DNA of 48,519 bases from a virus. Of this stretch, positions 7,503 through 16,700 are shown piece after piece. Below the pieces are notes generated by a model. It made no database searches. It was not told the DNA's origin and saw nothing but the letters and a program-made list of their open reading frames with translations. The position numbers and the translations under genes are program-made. Numbering within the stretch: position 1 is the stretch's first letter; each line of letters opens with the position of its first letter. The DNA lies in the IMG/VR virus record IMGVR_UViG_3300010397_000018, positions 1 through 48,519 of that record; one strand, 5' to 3'.

Positions 7503-7862
7503 CTAGGCGGCTTTGGTGGCGGCCTCGACGGCAGCGGCGGGGACTTCAGATTGAGAGGACGCAACCTCTTCACATTCACTGATGCGCAGCCGAACGCCTT
7601 CCTCGGTACGTTTGACCCAATCGAAGTGCGTCGGCCCCGAGGCTTCGCGGTTCCAGCCCTCCTTTCCGAAAAGTTGACACAGCCGAGGAAGGGCAGGGCG
7701 AGTAAATACGATCTCAGCCTGCCGGGCATGCACATACATGTATGCCGGAAGCGTTGCCCGCGCCGCGCACAGGCGGTCGCAGAAGACTTGCAGCCGCTGT
7801 GCGGCATGCGCGATCTGATCGGTGTCCTTCTGGAGATTTGGATTGGTCTGTGGTGTGTTCAT
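7503..7862 (-). CDS. Hypothetical protein (119 aa)
   Basis: Start trimmed to MNTPQTNPN (ATG 7862); no motif recognised. Confidence 0.55.
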   Translation of the reverse strand: MNTPQTNPNLQKDTDQIAHAAQRLQVFCDRLCAARATLPAYMYVHARQAEIVFTRPALPRLCQLFGKEGWNREASGPTHFDWVKRTEEGVRLRISECEEVASSQSEVPAAAVEAATKAA

Positions 7863-7881
7863 GGTGTCGGTGATGGGTCGG

Positions 7882-8112
7882 TTACTCAGAAAAAGGATTG
7901 CTGGGCGTCCGTGGATTGGGACGGCTGGCCAGCGCAGCCGCCAATGAGACGCCAGCGGAATGCACACCGCTGACTCGGCGCGGCGAACCACGCCTCCCCG
8001 TGCTCTCACGGCTTACAAATTTGCGAAGGAATCGACCAATCCGCTCCGCCGCGATCCCGCCCGCGAACGAGCCCGCAGCGACGATCCAGACGATTGGCTC
8101 GGGGTAGGTCAT
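7882..8112 (-). CDS. Hypothetical small protein with an N-terminal hydrophobic helix
   Basis: ATGA overlap with the stop of 8109..8576; PIVWIVAAGSFAGGIAA segment. Confidence 0.45.
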   Translation of the reverse strand: MTYPEPIVWIVAAGSFAGGIAAERIGRFLRKFVSRESTGRRGSPRRVSGVHSAGVSLAAALASRPNPRTPSNPFSE

Positions 8113-8576
8113 GGGGCGGTAGCGGCCTCCTGGTGGAGTGGAAGCACCCGCTTGGCGGCAGCCTCAATTTCGGACTCTGGGACTTCGAAATAGTTCGCCA
8201 GTCGGAGCGCATGATCTGCGCGGAGCCGAGGAAGCCCAGCCTCGTAATCGTTAATGTCAGAAGCGGAGATGCCGACCGCTTCTGAAAAGTCTTTCAGCTT
8301 CATCAGATTTTCCGCGCGATGCTCGCGGATCATTTGAGAAAGCGCATTGAGGCCAAGCGGCTTCCCCTCAAGCTGGGCAAGAAGCAGGTAACCCAGCGCG
8401 CCCTCCGACGCACGACGCACGCCGACGCGCCGCCGAATCTTCTCCAGTTGCTCCTTGTAGTGGGCCACGCACTTCCCAGCAAAAAACAGAGGTTCAGAGC
8501 AGGCGCCGCAAAGGCCCTGGTTCACATGCTGGATTTGAAAGAGCCGCTGACGGGAGACAGTTTGAGAATCGGGCAT
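8109..8576 (-). CDS. XRE-family helix-turn-helix transcriptional regulator with an N-terminal Cys-rich region
   Basis: LMKLKDFSEAVGISASDINDYEAGLPRLRADHALRLANYF is a typical HTH_3/XRE domain; N-terminal CGAC...C..H. Confidence 0.75.
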   Translation of the reverse strand: MPDSQTVSRQRLFQIQHVNQGLCGACSEPLFFAGKCVAHYKEQLEKIRRRVGVRRASEGALGYLLLAQLEGKPLGLNALSQMIREHRAENLMKLKDFSEAVGISASDINDYEAGLPRLRADHALRLANYFEVPESEIEAAAKRVLPLHQEAATAP

Positions 8577-8638
8577 AATTCGGAGTTGGTTAAATCGCTC
8601 GCCAGACCGTCGCGCTTTGGCCGCTGGCGTTGGGGGTT

Positions 8639-8914
8639 TCAGTTCGGGCGCAGCGTCGAAAGCTGCGGCTGCGGGTTGCGGTCGGCCGGCAGGACGAAAA
8701 GTGGTGCGTTCGTCTCAAAGTCCTTGATGGTCATCCGCTCGATGCGCCGGGCCAGCAAAGCCAGTTGCGCACTCATAGCCTTCTTAGCCTCGCGTTCATC
8801 GCTCCAGCGTTGCTTCCAGATGACGCCGAGCTTGTTCGCGGTTCCGCGCTGGATGCGCTCTTTCAGCCAGAGGGCGGCGAAGAGAAGGGTGGAGATGGTG
8901 AGGATGTAGTTCAC
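8639..8914 (-). CDS. Hypothetical membrane-anchored protein (91 aa)
   Basis: GTG start in a GTGA overlap with the upstream stop; N-terminal TM ILTISTLLFAALWL. Confidence 0.5.
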   Translation of the reverse strand: MNYILTISTLLFAALWLKERIQRGTANKLGVIWKQRWSDEREAKKAMSAQLALLARRIERMTIKDFETNAPLFVLPADRNPQPQLSTLRPN

Positions 8915-9198
8915 GAAAGGAACGTGGCCGGGGTTGGATTGGTATCGCGAAAGCGACGCTGGGCCTTCCCCGTAAGCGCAGCCTCAAAGGCGACACGGGG
9001 ACCAGAGTAGGCGGCGCGATGATCGCGTGGGCCGTCGATATGGCGGCTGTAGACGGCCTTCGGGCCATTGCAGGCAATGCCGCGCATCGGGTTCTTTCGC
9101 AGCGGAGACAGATGCGTTGGCGGCTCCGGCTCTTTCGGTTCCTGTTTCGGTCGGGTGAAGATCGCCTTGAGAAAGGCGAAGGGATTTTGGAGTTTCAT
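8911..9198 (-). CDS. Hypothetical protein (95 aa)
   Basis: ORF in operon orientation with an ATG start. Confidence 0.5.
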   Translation of the reverse strand: MKLQNPFAFLKAIFTRPKQEPKEPEPPTHLSPLRKNPMRGIACNGPKAVYSRHIDGPRDHRAAYSGPRVAFEAALTGKAQRRFRDTNPTPATFLS

Positions 9199-9201
9199 GG
9201 T

Positions 9202-9432
9202 TCAGAGTTTCTTATTCCTCGCGCACAGATCCGCCTGGATGACGGCGTGGACGCAGGTCTTTTCGTATTGCTTCAGCCTCTCGGCATTGCAGCGAACGCG
9301 CTCGGCCTGCGCCTTGCGGTTCATGTTGAGGAGGATCGCGCCCAGCAGCCCGAGATTGCGCTGCATGGCGCGCCAGGTGTTCGCGAAGGCTGCGCGGGTC
9401 TCGCGCTTTTGTTTGCGGGCGGCGGCGCTCAT
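9202..9432 (-). CDS. Hypothetical basic protein (76 aa)
   Basis: ATG 9432 forms an ATGA overlap with the stop of 9429..10739. Confidence 0.5.
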   Translation of the reverse strand: MSAAARKQKRETRAAFANTWRAMQRNLGLLGAILLNMNRKAQAERVRCNAERLKQYEKTCVHAVIQADLCARNKKL

Positions 9433-10739
9433 TCGACCACCTCGCATTTCTGCCAGGTCTTCCGGTCGAGGGAGTATTCGTAGAACTCAGCGAGTGTCGC
9501 CCACGGGATACGGTGAGTATCCCTTTCCCAGTAAATCTGGATTCCAGACTGATGAATATTGACCGGTGCATACATCACACCGTCCGCGCTAATGTGGCGG
9601 ACCCAGAAGTTTACCGGAACGTCCTCCGGCTTGCTCCACGGCCTCGTGCGCGGAACGGAGGGGAGCGGGCGGCGCGAACGTCGTTTACAGCAATGCTCGC
9701 GGGAAATATCGCCATAGTCTTTCGAGACAACAGTATTCCACACTCCATTAAGTTCCCATTCGTCTCCACGACGCTGAGGTTCCCCCTTCAGCAACGGCCT
9801 CCACCCCTCCGGCAAGTCGGCCTCGGTGAAGTCGTCGCGATGGTTCTGCTCGGTCGGGAGCAGCGGACGGAAGCCGGGGAGGTCGCGGGGGTTGAAGACG
9901 GGGAGGGGACGAGTGGTCCTGAAAAGTGCCTGATAATCGGCGTTGATAGGCGTGCTACCCCACTCTTTTTGCCAAGTCGTCCAATTTCCGTCTGCAATAT
10001 CGTATCTTTCATCGCCCTGTTGCACCTTTTCCCCTTGCAAGAAGGGTCGGTATCCAAAGGGAAGATACTCCTCCTTCCAGTCTCCCTCCCGATGCCACCG
10101 CTTCCCCGCTGGCGGGTCGGGGAGACGCCATGCGGGCTTGGCGAAGCGCGAGGGGACGTAATGCCCCCGCTGGCATGTCGAGCGCGATGCCTTGGCGTTG
10201 AACTCCGCGCGAGTCAGCGGAATCATCCAATCAGTCTCGAAGTTCTTACGATCCCAGCCGTCCGGATCGCGAACGGTGATGTTCAGTTCTCGCGACCAGT
10301 CCTCGGGCAGTTTCTTTTCCTCGGGCTTGTCCAGCGCGGCGAGGGCTTCGACGCTGAGGCGGGTGCGGTAGGTGATGGTTTCCGAGTTCCCGAAACGGGG
10401 TTCGCCTTCCCAGCGAGGGTCATTTTCGTCATATCCTCCCCAACTTTGAATCTCGGCCTTAGCACTCTTTCGAGTGTTGATGATCTCGGCTTCGTTCAGC
10501 AGCCGCCATCCTTCCCCGACTTGGGAGACTTTCACGCCTGCCGGGTTGTGTCCCGGTGCGATGGGGTCGGGAGCGATGCGGAAGAGACTGGGATGCTGAT
10601 GCACAAAGTAGCGAACTGCTTCGTGGAACGGATCGACTTCTTTCCATTCGTCGATTCCGATGCATCGCTCAATCACCTTCCCCTCACTGGCGGCGGTGAA
10701 GATGGCGGCGGCTTGGCGTTTTTGTTCGGGCGTGGGCAT
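9429..10739 (-). CDS. Trp-rich repeat protein of unknown function (436 aa)
   Basis: Repeated modules: VGEGWRLLNEAEI, LPFGYRPFLQGEKVQQGDERYDIADGNWTTW, LPEGWRPLLKGEPQRRGDEWELNGVWNTV. Confidence 0.7.
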   Translation of the reverse strand: MPTPEQKRQAAAIFTAASEGKVIERCIGIDEWKEVDPFHEAVRYFVHQHPSLFRIAPDPIAPGHNPAGVKVSQVGEGWRLLNEAEIINTRKSAKAEIQSWGGYDENDPRWEGEPRFGNSETITYRTRLSVEALAALDKPEEKKLPEDWSRELNITVRDPDGWDRKNFETDWMIPLTRAEFNAKASRSTCQRGHYVPSRFAKPAWRLPDPPAGKRWHREGDWKEEYLPFGYRPFLQGEKVQQGDERYDIADGNWTTWQKEWGSTPINADYQALFRTTRPLPVFNPRDLPGFRPLLPTEQNHRDDFTEADLPEGWRPLLKGEPQRRGDEWELNGVWNTVVSKDYGDISREHCCKRRSRRPLPSVPRTRPWSKPEDVPVNFWVRHISADGVMYAPVNIHQSGIQIYWERDTHRIPWATLAEFYEYSLDRKTWQKCEVVE

Positions 10740-10758
10740 GTTCGCGTTTCGGTGAGGG

Positions 10759-11169
10759 TTAGAGGAGGTGTTTCCAGGTGAGTCCTCGGCGGATTCCTGA
10801 GATCGTCGCGTGACTGACGCCGAATCGACCAGCGAGGTTGGCGTTCGGCTCGGTGCTGCTTCGGATGAAAATCACATCGGAATCCGTCAGCTTCGCCGTG
10901 CTGCTGTTCTGGCCCTGTTGATGCATCCGCGTGTGTTCCGCCAAGTGCATCACCTGAAGATTCTCGGGCCGGTTGTCGTATTTATCGCCGTTGATGTGGT
11001 GGACGACTTCCTCTCGCAAGAGTCGGCGCCCGAGTTTCTGCTCCATCACCAGCCGGTGCTCGTCCCGCATAATCCCGCCCCGCTTTATCTTTCGGTATTC
11101 AGCCCTCGCGGGCTTGCCCCACTTGGTCAATCGGTGAGGCGGGATTGATTCGGAGACAAGGGAGCCCAT
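10759..11169 (-). CDS. HNH homing endonuclease with a C-terminal HTH-like module
   Basis: VVHHINGDKYDNRPENLQVMHLAEH (HNH_3 signature), followed by AKLTDSDVIFIR...LAGRFGVSHATISGIRRGLTWKH. Confidence 0.85.
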   Translation of the reverse strand: MGSLVSESIPPHRLTKWGKPARAEYRKIKRGGIMRDEHRLVMEQKLGRRLLREEVVHHINGDKYDNRPENLQVMHLAEHTRMHQQGQNSSTAKLTDSDVIFIRSSTEPNANLAGRFGVSHATISGIRRGLTWKHLL

Positions 11170-11178
11170 GGCGGTGGT

Positions 11179-11448
11179 TTATTTGGTGTTGGCGATCGCG
11201 ATGCCCTCGCGGATCTCGTCGTGCAGCTCAGGCGCCAGCTTGAACAACTCACGCTTGAGCTTTGGCGAGAGGTCACGCACGCAGCGCTTCATCACCTCCT
11301 CAATCCACTCGCTGGTGGAGTGCTGCCGAATGAGCCCGAGCTTCACGGCCGCCTGATGCGCCGTAAGGATGCAGGGGTTACGCAACGTAATATTAGTGCG
11401 CCCCTTCGGGGTCTTGAATTTCGGAACTCTGGATTGGGTCTTACTCAT
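11179..11448 (-). CDS. Ribbon-helix-helix DNA-binding protein (first gene of the leftward early operon; Cro-like position)
   Basis: PKGRTNITLRNPCILTAHQAAVKLG...SEWIEEVMKRCVRDL fits a beta-alpha-alpha RHH fold; shares PKxRTNI(T/S)L with the divergent gene 11584..11856. Confidence 0.55.
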   Translation of the reverse strand: MSKTQSRVPKFKTPKGRTNITLRNPCILTAHQAAVKLGLIRQHSTSEWIEEVMKRCVRDLSPKLKRELFKLAPELHDEIREGIAIANTK

Positions 11449-11490
11449 ATTGGCTCGGGGTTGAGGTGGTGTCCGTTTTGTGTTTCATAG

Positions 11491-11505
11491 GTGTATTGCT
11501 TACAC
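11491..11505. promoter_or_regulatory. Operator-like site 1, GTGTATTGCTTACAC
   Basis: GTGTA-N5-TACAC inverted repeat. One of three copies of GTGTAT-NNN-TTACAC, located in the divergent intergenic region. Confidence 0.6.
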
Positions 11506-11566
11506 ATCATTATGGCAAATGAAATCCTTTCGTTTCCGATTTTTCGCTTTTCATCAGATTAATCGT

Positions 11567-11581
11567 GTGTATAAGTTACAC
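11567..11581. promoter_or_regulatory. Operator-like site 2, GTGTATAAGTTACAC (overlaps a TATAAG -10-like hexamer and ends 2 nt before ATG 11584)
   Basis: Same 12 fixed bases as sites 1 and 3; shares the extended ATCGTGTGTAT left flank with site 3. Confidence 0.6.
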
Positions 11582-11583
11582 GC

Positions 11584-11856
11584 ATGACACACCAAAAACG
11601 CGGTCGGAAGACCCCGCACCCGCCGAAGCTTCGAACAAATATCTCCCTGTCTGCTGGCCTGATGAAGGCGGCGACGTTTCTAGGAGAGAAGCTTTTTGGA
11701 AATCGTAATGCATACGTAGAATACGCTTTGCTGAACGATCTCCGCGCCCAAGGCTTATCTGTGGATAAGATAATCGAATTGGCGAGAGGAGAACAAGAAG
11801 AGGCAATCAAAACCGGGGGCGATGAGCAATCAGGAAATACCCCTAAAACGCCGTGA
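11584..11856 (+). CDS. Ribbon-helix-helix DNA-binding protein (repressor-like position upstream of the integrase)
   Basis: PKLRTNISLSAGLMKAATFLGEKLFGNRNAYVEYALLNDL fits the RHH pattern; acidic C-terminal tail. Confidence 0.55.
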   Translation: MTHQKRGRKTPHPPKLRTNISLSAGLMKAATFLGEKLFGNRNAYVEYALLNDLRAQGLSVDKIIELARGEQEEAIKTGGDEQSGNTPKTP

Positions 11857-11950
11857 ATTTTTACCATGTTCAGACTTTATCCTGACCCGCTGGATGCGTC
11901 TATAGGGTGCCCTGCTGCACCGTGATGCGCTGGCCGCAAAGTTGTTCACA

Positions 11951-13066
11951 ATGCCTGAGAAAAAGACCGTTCGTTTCGGGCCGATTTTCTTCGAGGTCCA
12001 GAGGTATGCTGACGGTAGATTTGGCTTCGATTACAAGAATCCAGACAACGACCGGATAAAGGTCCGCCTCCACAGCCAGGATGAAGCATGCGAGCGCGCC
12101 TTGGAGATTCTGAAGGCGGCCAGGGGTGGCACGCTGGACCGGAGCCTAATCGACGATGATCTGTTTTTATCCTTCCTTCGGTGGCGCTCCGAGCAGGCTT
12201 TGGGCGCTGAGATTCCGAAGGTGAAAAAGGAATACATGGACATCAAAAAGCGGGCCGGGCTGGCGCCCCCAACCATCTCGGAGCTTGAAAGCACCCTCCG
12301 GCCGTTTGCGGAACGATTCACGGGCAATATCGCCCACGTAAAACGCGAGCAGGTGGCCGCCTTTTTGGATGAGCGCTCCCCTTCCCCGCGCCGATGGAAT
12401 AACATGCGCAACGCAATCGTCGGGATGTGGCGCTTTGCCCGGCGTGAGGGATACCTGCCAGCGACCCTGACGAGCGTTGAAACCATGGAACTGCGCAAGG
12501 TTTCGCTTACAGTTCACACCTACAGCAAGGAAGAGCTTTTGCGGCTCTTGGCGGTCGTGGAAAAGGAGTGGTTGCCGCTCATTGTCCTAGGTGCCTTCTG
12601 CGGGCTCAGGCCCGAGGAGATTCAGCCGAACCCCCGACACAAGGGCTACAAGCCCGGGCTTCAGTGGCAGAATATAAACTGGAACAAGGGCATCGTGGAT
12701 GTTCCGGCCGGCGTTGCAAAGGATCGGCGCCGCAGATTTGCCCCGCTAACAGATGCCGCGCGCGCGTTTCTGTCCGATTGGAAATCGGAGAAAGGATTCG
12801 TCGTGCCAGCTCGGGCAACCGACAAGCCGCGCGCCCGATGGGTAAAGGATTCCGGGGTTACGTGGCGAAAGGACGCCCTCCGGCACAGCTTCGCGAGCTA
12901 TCGTCTGGCAGTTCGCAAAAACATGCCGGAGCTGACGCTGGAGATGGGCAATTCCGCCGCGATGGTTCATCGTCACTACTTGGACCTAAAGCACGAAGAA
13001 GACGGGGTATCATGGTTCGGTATCCGACCCGAAGAAGTTCCAAAAGTTCCACTGCCTCCCCTCTAA
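11951..13066 (+). CDS. int: Tyrosine recombinase / phage integrase
   Basis: Catalytic signature FCGLRPEE (Arg I), ALRHSFASY (H-x-x-R), MVHRHYLD (Tyr). The ORF opens with TTG at 11942; ATG 11951 (MPEKKT) is preferred. Confidence 0.88.
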   Translation: MPEKKTVRFGPIFFEVQRYADGRFGFDYKNPDNDRIKVRLHSQDEACERALEILKAARGGTLDRSLIDDDLFLSFLRWRSEQALGAEIPKVKKEYMDIKKRAGLAPPTISELESTLRPFAERFTGNIAHVKREQVAAFLDERSPSPRRWNNMRNAIVGMWRFARREGYLPATLTSVETMELRKVSLTVHTYSKEELLRLLAVVEKEWLPLIVLGAFCGLRPEEIQPNPRHKGYKPGLQWQNINWNKGIVDVPAGVAKDRRRRFAPLTDAARAFLSDWKSEKGFVVPARATDKPRARWVKDSGVTWRKDALRHSFASYRLAVRKNMPELTLEMGNSAAMVHRHYLDLKHEEDGVSWFGIRPEEVPKVPLPPL

Positions 13067-13102
13067 AACCCGGTGCCGTGATGTAGCTTACAGTCCTATC
13101 GT

Positions 13103-13117
13103 GTGTATCATTTACAC
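13103..13117. promoter_or_regulatory. Operator-like site 3, GTGTATCATTTACAC
   Basis: Third copy of GTGTAT-NNN-TTACAC, 37 nt after the integrase stop and about 110 nt upstream of lipoprotein gene start 13229. Confidence 0.55.
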
Positions 13118-13228
13118 CAAAAGAGGAATTTTTGGGTGCAACTCCCATCTTTCGTCCCTGTTGTCGTGCCGAAAAGTTCCAAACAGTTCCAAGGGACAAT
13201 CTACACACCCGCAAGTAAACTTCCGCCC

Positions 13229-13735
13229 ATGAAAACCCTCCTCTGCCTGATGCTGATGGCGTGCGCGTGCTGTGGCCAAACGATCAAATGGGAGAACGCT
13301 GTGCCCGATCCTGGCATCTCGTTTGAAAAAAGCTATGAGGCTGGCGGCAAGACCGATGCCATTGGGACAATGGCCGCCATCATTGGCTACCAAGATGCCG
13401 GCTTGCAGTTCATCGGCTCCCAAGTGCTGTGGTATACGAATACAGGCAAGCTCATTAAATCGGATGTCCTCGGCTCGAATGACGGCGTTTGGGTCGTCTT
13501 CGTGAGCCCCGCAATCCTTGTGATACAGGTCACAAATGGAAATGATTCCTATTTCCGAAAGTACGTCCGAAAGGGTGTTTCGGTTGTTTCTAAAGACACG
13601 CCACTAACGGGCGGAGCAGCCGAATACTCTCCATCTAGTGGCACGTTCGACAACTCGGACAAGCTGGGATTTTTTGTGTTTAGTCGGTCGCAGTCCTTGA
13701 AAACTGTGACCGGAATCAAGCGCTACTTGCGCTGA
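13229..13735 (+). CDS. Secreted/lipoprotein moron candidate (168 aa)
   Basis: MKTLLCLMLMACACCGQ signal peptide with a lipobox-like LMAC; visibly AT-richer than its surroundings; next to int on the plus strand. Confidence 0.6.
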   Translation: MKTLLCLMLMACACCGQTIKWENAVPDPGISFEKSYEAGGKTDAIGTMAAIIGYQDAGLQFIGSQVLWYTNTGKLIKSDVLGSNDGVWVVFVSPAILVIQVTNGNDSYFRKYVRKGVSVVSKDTPLTGGAAEYSPSSGTFDNSDKLGFFVFSRSQSLKTVTGIKRYLR

Positions 13736-16700
13736 AGCAGCCGCCGCCGCGTCTCCACGAACTCCTGACGCGCCTCTTCCTTGGCCGCATCGTTCACGTC
13801 GCTGCGCAGGATGCGCCGTAGATTCGACTGCGCTGCGTCCAGTTGATCCTTCTGCTCCATCTGCTGGCGCTGAAGCAGCTTTCGCGGGTTCATCTGCGCC
13901 ACGCTCACGCCGAACAGGCTGCCCACAGCGGACAGAGGAGTCTCGCGCCGGCCGCTCGCATCCGTCACACCCAGCTCGCCTTCGGCGTTGCGCGTGAATC
14001 CCTTCACCAGCTTGTCAGCGGTGTAGTTGCCCGGGACCCAGCCTGGGAGCATGTTCTGGCGCATGCTTTGCAGGAAGCTTGTTGGCTGCCCAGTGGCGGT
14101 GTCCTTGCCAGTGGAGGTCTCGGTGTAGACGTTGAGCAGCGGGTTGCGCTCGAGTCCCGCAACGGGGTTCGTGTCGGCGAGCGCGTCCCAGTCACCATTT
14201 GCGATGTTCTTCGCCGTCTGGATGAAGTCCTCGGCGGGGAGCCATGGATTGGCGTTGAAAAGGTTCGTATTCCCGCCCTTCGGATTTCCGACCATGAACT
14301 GCGTGCGGCTCCGCATGTAAGGCGGCAGGAGTGGAATAAGGGACTGAAGCTTTTCCTTGTCCTCGGTGCTGCGCGCGCTGTTGACCAGCGCGGCGATTCC
14401 AGAGCCGAGCCCGAGATACGTCGTCAGCGCGGCAGCCGATGCCCAGCGGCGCCCGTTGGCGTTCGTCACTACGTCGCTCGCGAGGTTCTTGATTACGCGC
14501 AGCATCTCCGCGCTGTAGCTGATGAATGGATTGACGAGCGGGACGTTGCGCAGGAGCCCGACACCAGACGCCACGTTGCTGTAGTTCTGGGTGTATCGGT
14601 TCGTCATCTCGACGGCGTAGCGCCGGGCCGCAGCCTCTCCCATGCCCTTGTTTAGGCCCTCATCGATGAACTTGTTATACGCCGCCCCGCGTGCCCATTG
14701 GTCTGGCTTTCCGTACAGGCCCTTCACGGCTTCATGAACCCCAGAGATAGCGCGCCCTGGAAGGTTTGACCACGTTTCCGGGGTCATCAGCTTCTCGAAA
14801 TTATCGGCAGCGCGGCGAAACTCACCCGCGCCCAAATGCGCATCAAGAACGCCGTCCTGCTTAGCCCACTCAAGGCGCTTAGGGTCCGCGAAGAAGCGGC
14901 GCACCTGTCCAACAAACGTCAGCGGGTTTATGCCAGCGGCAATGGCCTGAAGCGGCGCCTGCACGACGTTGTGAATGTGCGTCGATGGGTTGTAGAGCGT
15001 GTGCGATGCCTTCGCGATCCGGTTGAGCATCGGGAATAGGCCCGTCTCCCAGCTCAGCGTTTGATGGCCCGGCCCAATTTGCAGCGCGTCCATGACCTGC
15101 CGCTGCGCCATCATGCCGCCCGGCTCCTGCGAGAGCTTGCCGAGGCCCGGGAGGGTGTTCGGAACCGGCTCGTAGTTGCTTTGCAGGAATGCTGCCTCAT
15201 CCGCTTTGCCGCCAGCCTTGGCCGCATCGATAGCGGTCTGCCAGTCCGCCTTCGTCATCGTCAGCCTGCGCCCGGATTCGTCCACAGCGTGCGGCTGCGT
15301 CAGCTCGCCCACGAGCTTCGCGGTATTCGCGCTCTTGGCCAGCTTGGCGACCGTCAGGACTTCGCGCTCGATGGGGTCTTCAATGTGACCAAGGATCTTG
15401 CGGACGGAAGGACGCAGCGCCTTGCGTTCCGTGAACAGGCTCTTGCTCATCCGGCTCGTTCCCTCGTTGGCGAAGCGGTCGAAGTCACCGCCGAAATTCG
15501 TTACATCATTTTTGATCCAATCCTCTACGTCTGCACGAATTTTCTCGGGGGTCATCCCGGCGTATTGCGGCAGCTTCTGGTTCTCGGCCACCACTTGATC
15601 CACGAGCGCTGGATCAACGCCCCGTTTCTGCCATTCCTTCGGGTTCACGTACGCCCGGTACGGCTCGGTGACGTAGTTGCCGAGGGTGTCTTGAATCAGC
15701 TTTTTCTTCTCGGGATCGGATTGCGCTTCGCCCACGATGCGCTGAAGCTCGGCTTTGTTGGACGTGATATTGGTGACGAAATCAGAGACCTCTTTCGGAA
15801 GTCCAGCGGTGGCAAGCAATGCCTGCGCTCCCGCGCCTCGATCGCTGCCCATGAAAATCTTGAGGGCATCTCGCTGGGGCGGCGTCAACTCCTGAAGGGC
15901 TGGGAGTGCCGTGCGCAAGTCTCCGGCCACTTTGCTTTCGATGTTCGAAACGGTCCCGCGTGCCTGTTCCTGCGCGGTCTTCAGCGCCTCGGACTTGCCA
16001 ACGTTCAGATACTGCTCGCCCACGCGGCGGAGAAAGCCCTTGGTTGTCTTGCCTTCGCCGATGCCGGTCAGTTGTTGGCGCGCCAGCCGCTCGCCCTCAG
16101 CGCCACTCAGATCGCGAAACAGCCTGCGGCCACCAGCCGCCCCTGCGCCAAGGACGCCCATCATGATAGCGCGGTTCCGCTTCTCCTCGTCCGTGCCCGG
16201 AAGCGCGTAGCCAACTCCCGCGCCCAGCGCTCCACCTGCGAGCGATTGCAGGAGCGGCTGCGACACCTCGCCGGACTTGCCTTTGCGCAGCGGACGCAGC
16301 CGTTTGGCGGGAGCCTGCGGGGCCTCCGTCGTGGCACTCGCAGACTCCGCGCCGTTCGGCTCGACGGAAATCGTGGGTTCACCTCCTTCTATCGCTGGTT
16401 GCGAATTTCTGAGCAGCTTGCGCCCCTGGTTGATGATGACATCAGGAGTGGGCGTGAATGGCTCTCGGCCTTCGCCCATTGTGAAACCTGCTTCGCCTGG
16501 AATAAATGGGCGTCCCTCCAATTGCGGCGTGCCCGGAACGGCGGTGCCGCGATTAGTATTCTCGGGAGCCATGAGCCGCCGAGGCGGCACGGGCTCAACC
16601 GTGAATTGCCCTTCAATGGTGGATTCGGGACCAGTCTCGGCGTTGAATTGCTGAAGTAGCTTACGGCGTGGCGATGGGCGTTCGATGCCGTACGGATTGC

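Noticed and set aside
11760-11768. Perfect DnaA box TGTGGATAA inside the plus-strand RHH gene, as a target of the DnaA domain IV protein
   Set aside because: I noticed only a single 9-mer occurrence. The expectation by chance in about 97 kb of two-strand sequence is roughly 0.4, so it is not evidence on its own.
13134-13146. gggtgcaactccc, a T-arm-like hairpin downstream of int, as a tRNA-derived attP core
   Set aside because: It is only a 3-bp stem with a 7-nt loop, and no adjacent acceptor-stem/CCA-like sequence follows. attP could not be located from the sequence alone.
15061-16659. 532-aa plus-strand ORF (also 13843..14655 and 16277..16654) opposite the 1287-aa gene
   Set aside because: It is an antisense shadow ORF of a high-GC gene. 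Composition is R/L/A/G-rich with no motifs, and it lies wholly inside a better minus-strand gene that fits the operon structure.
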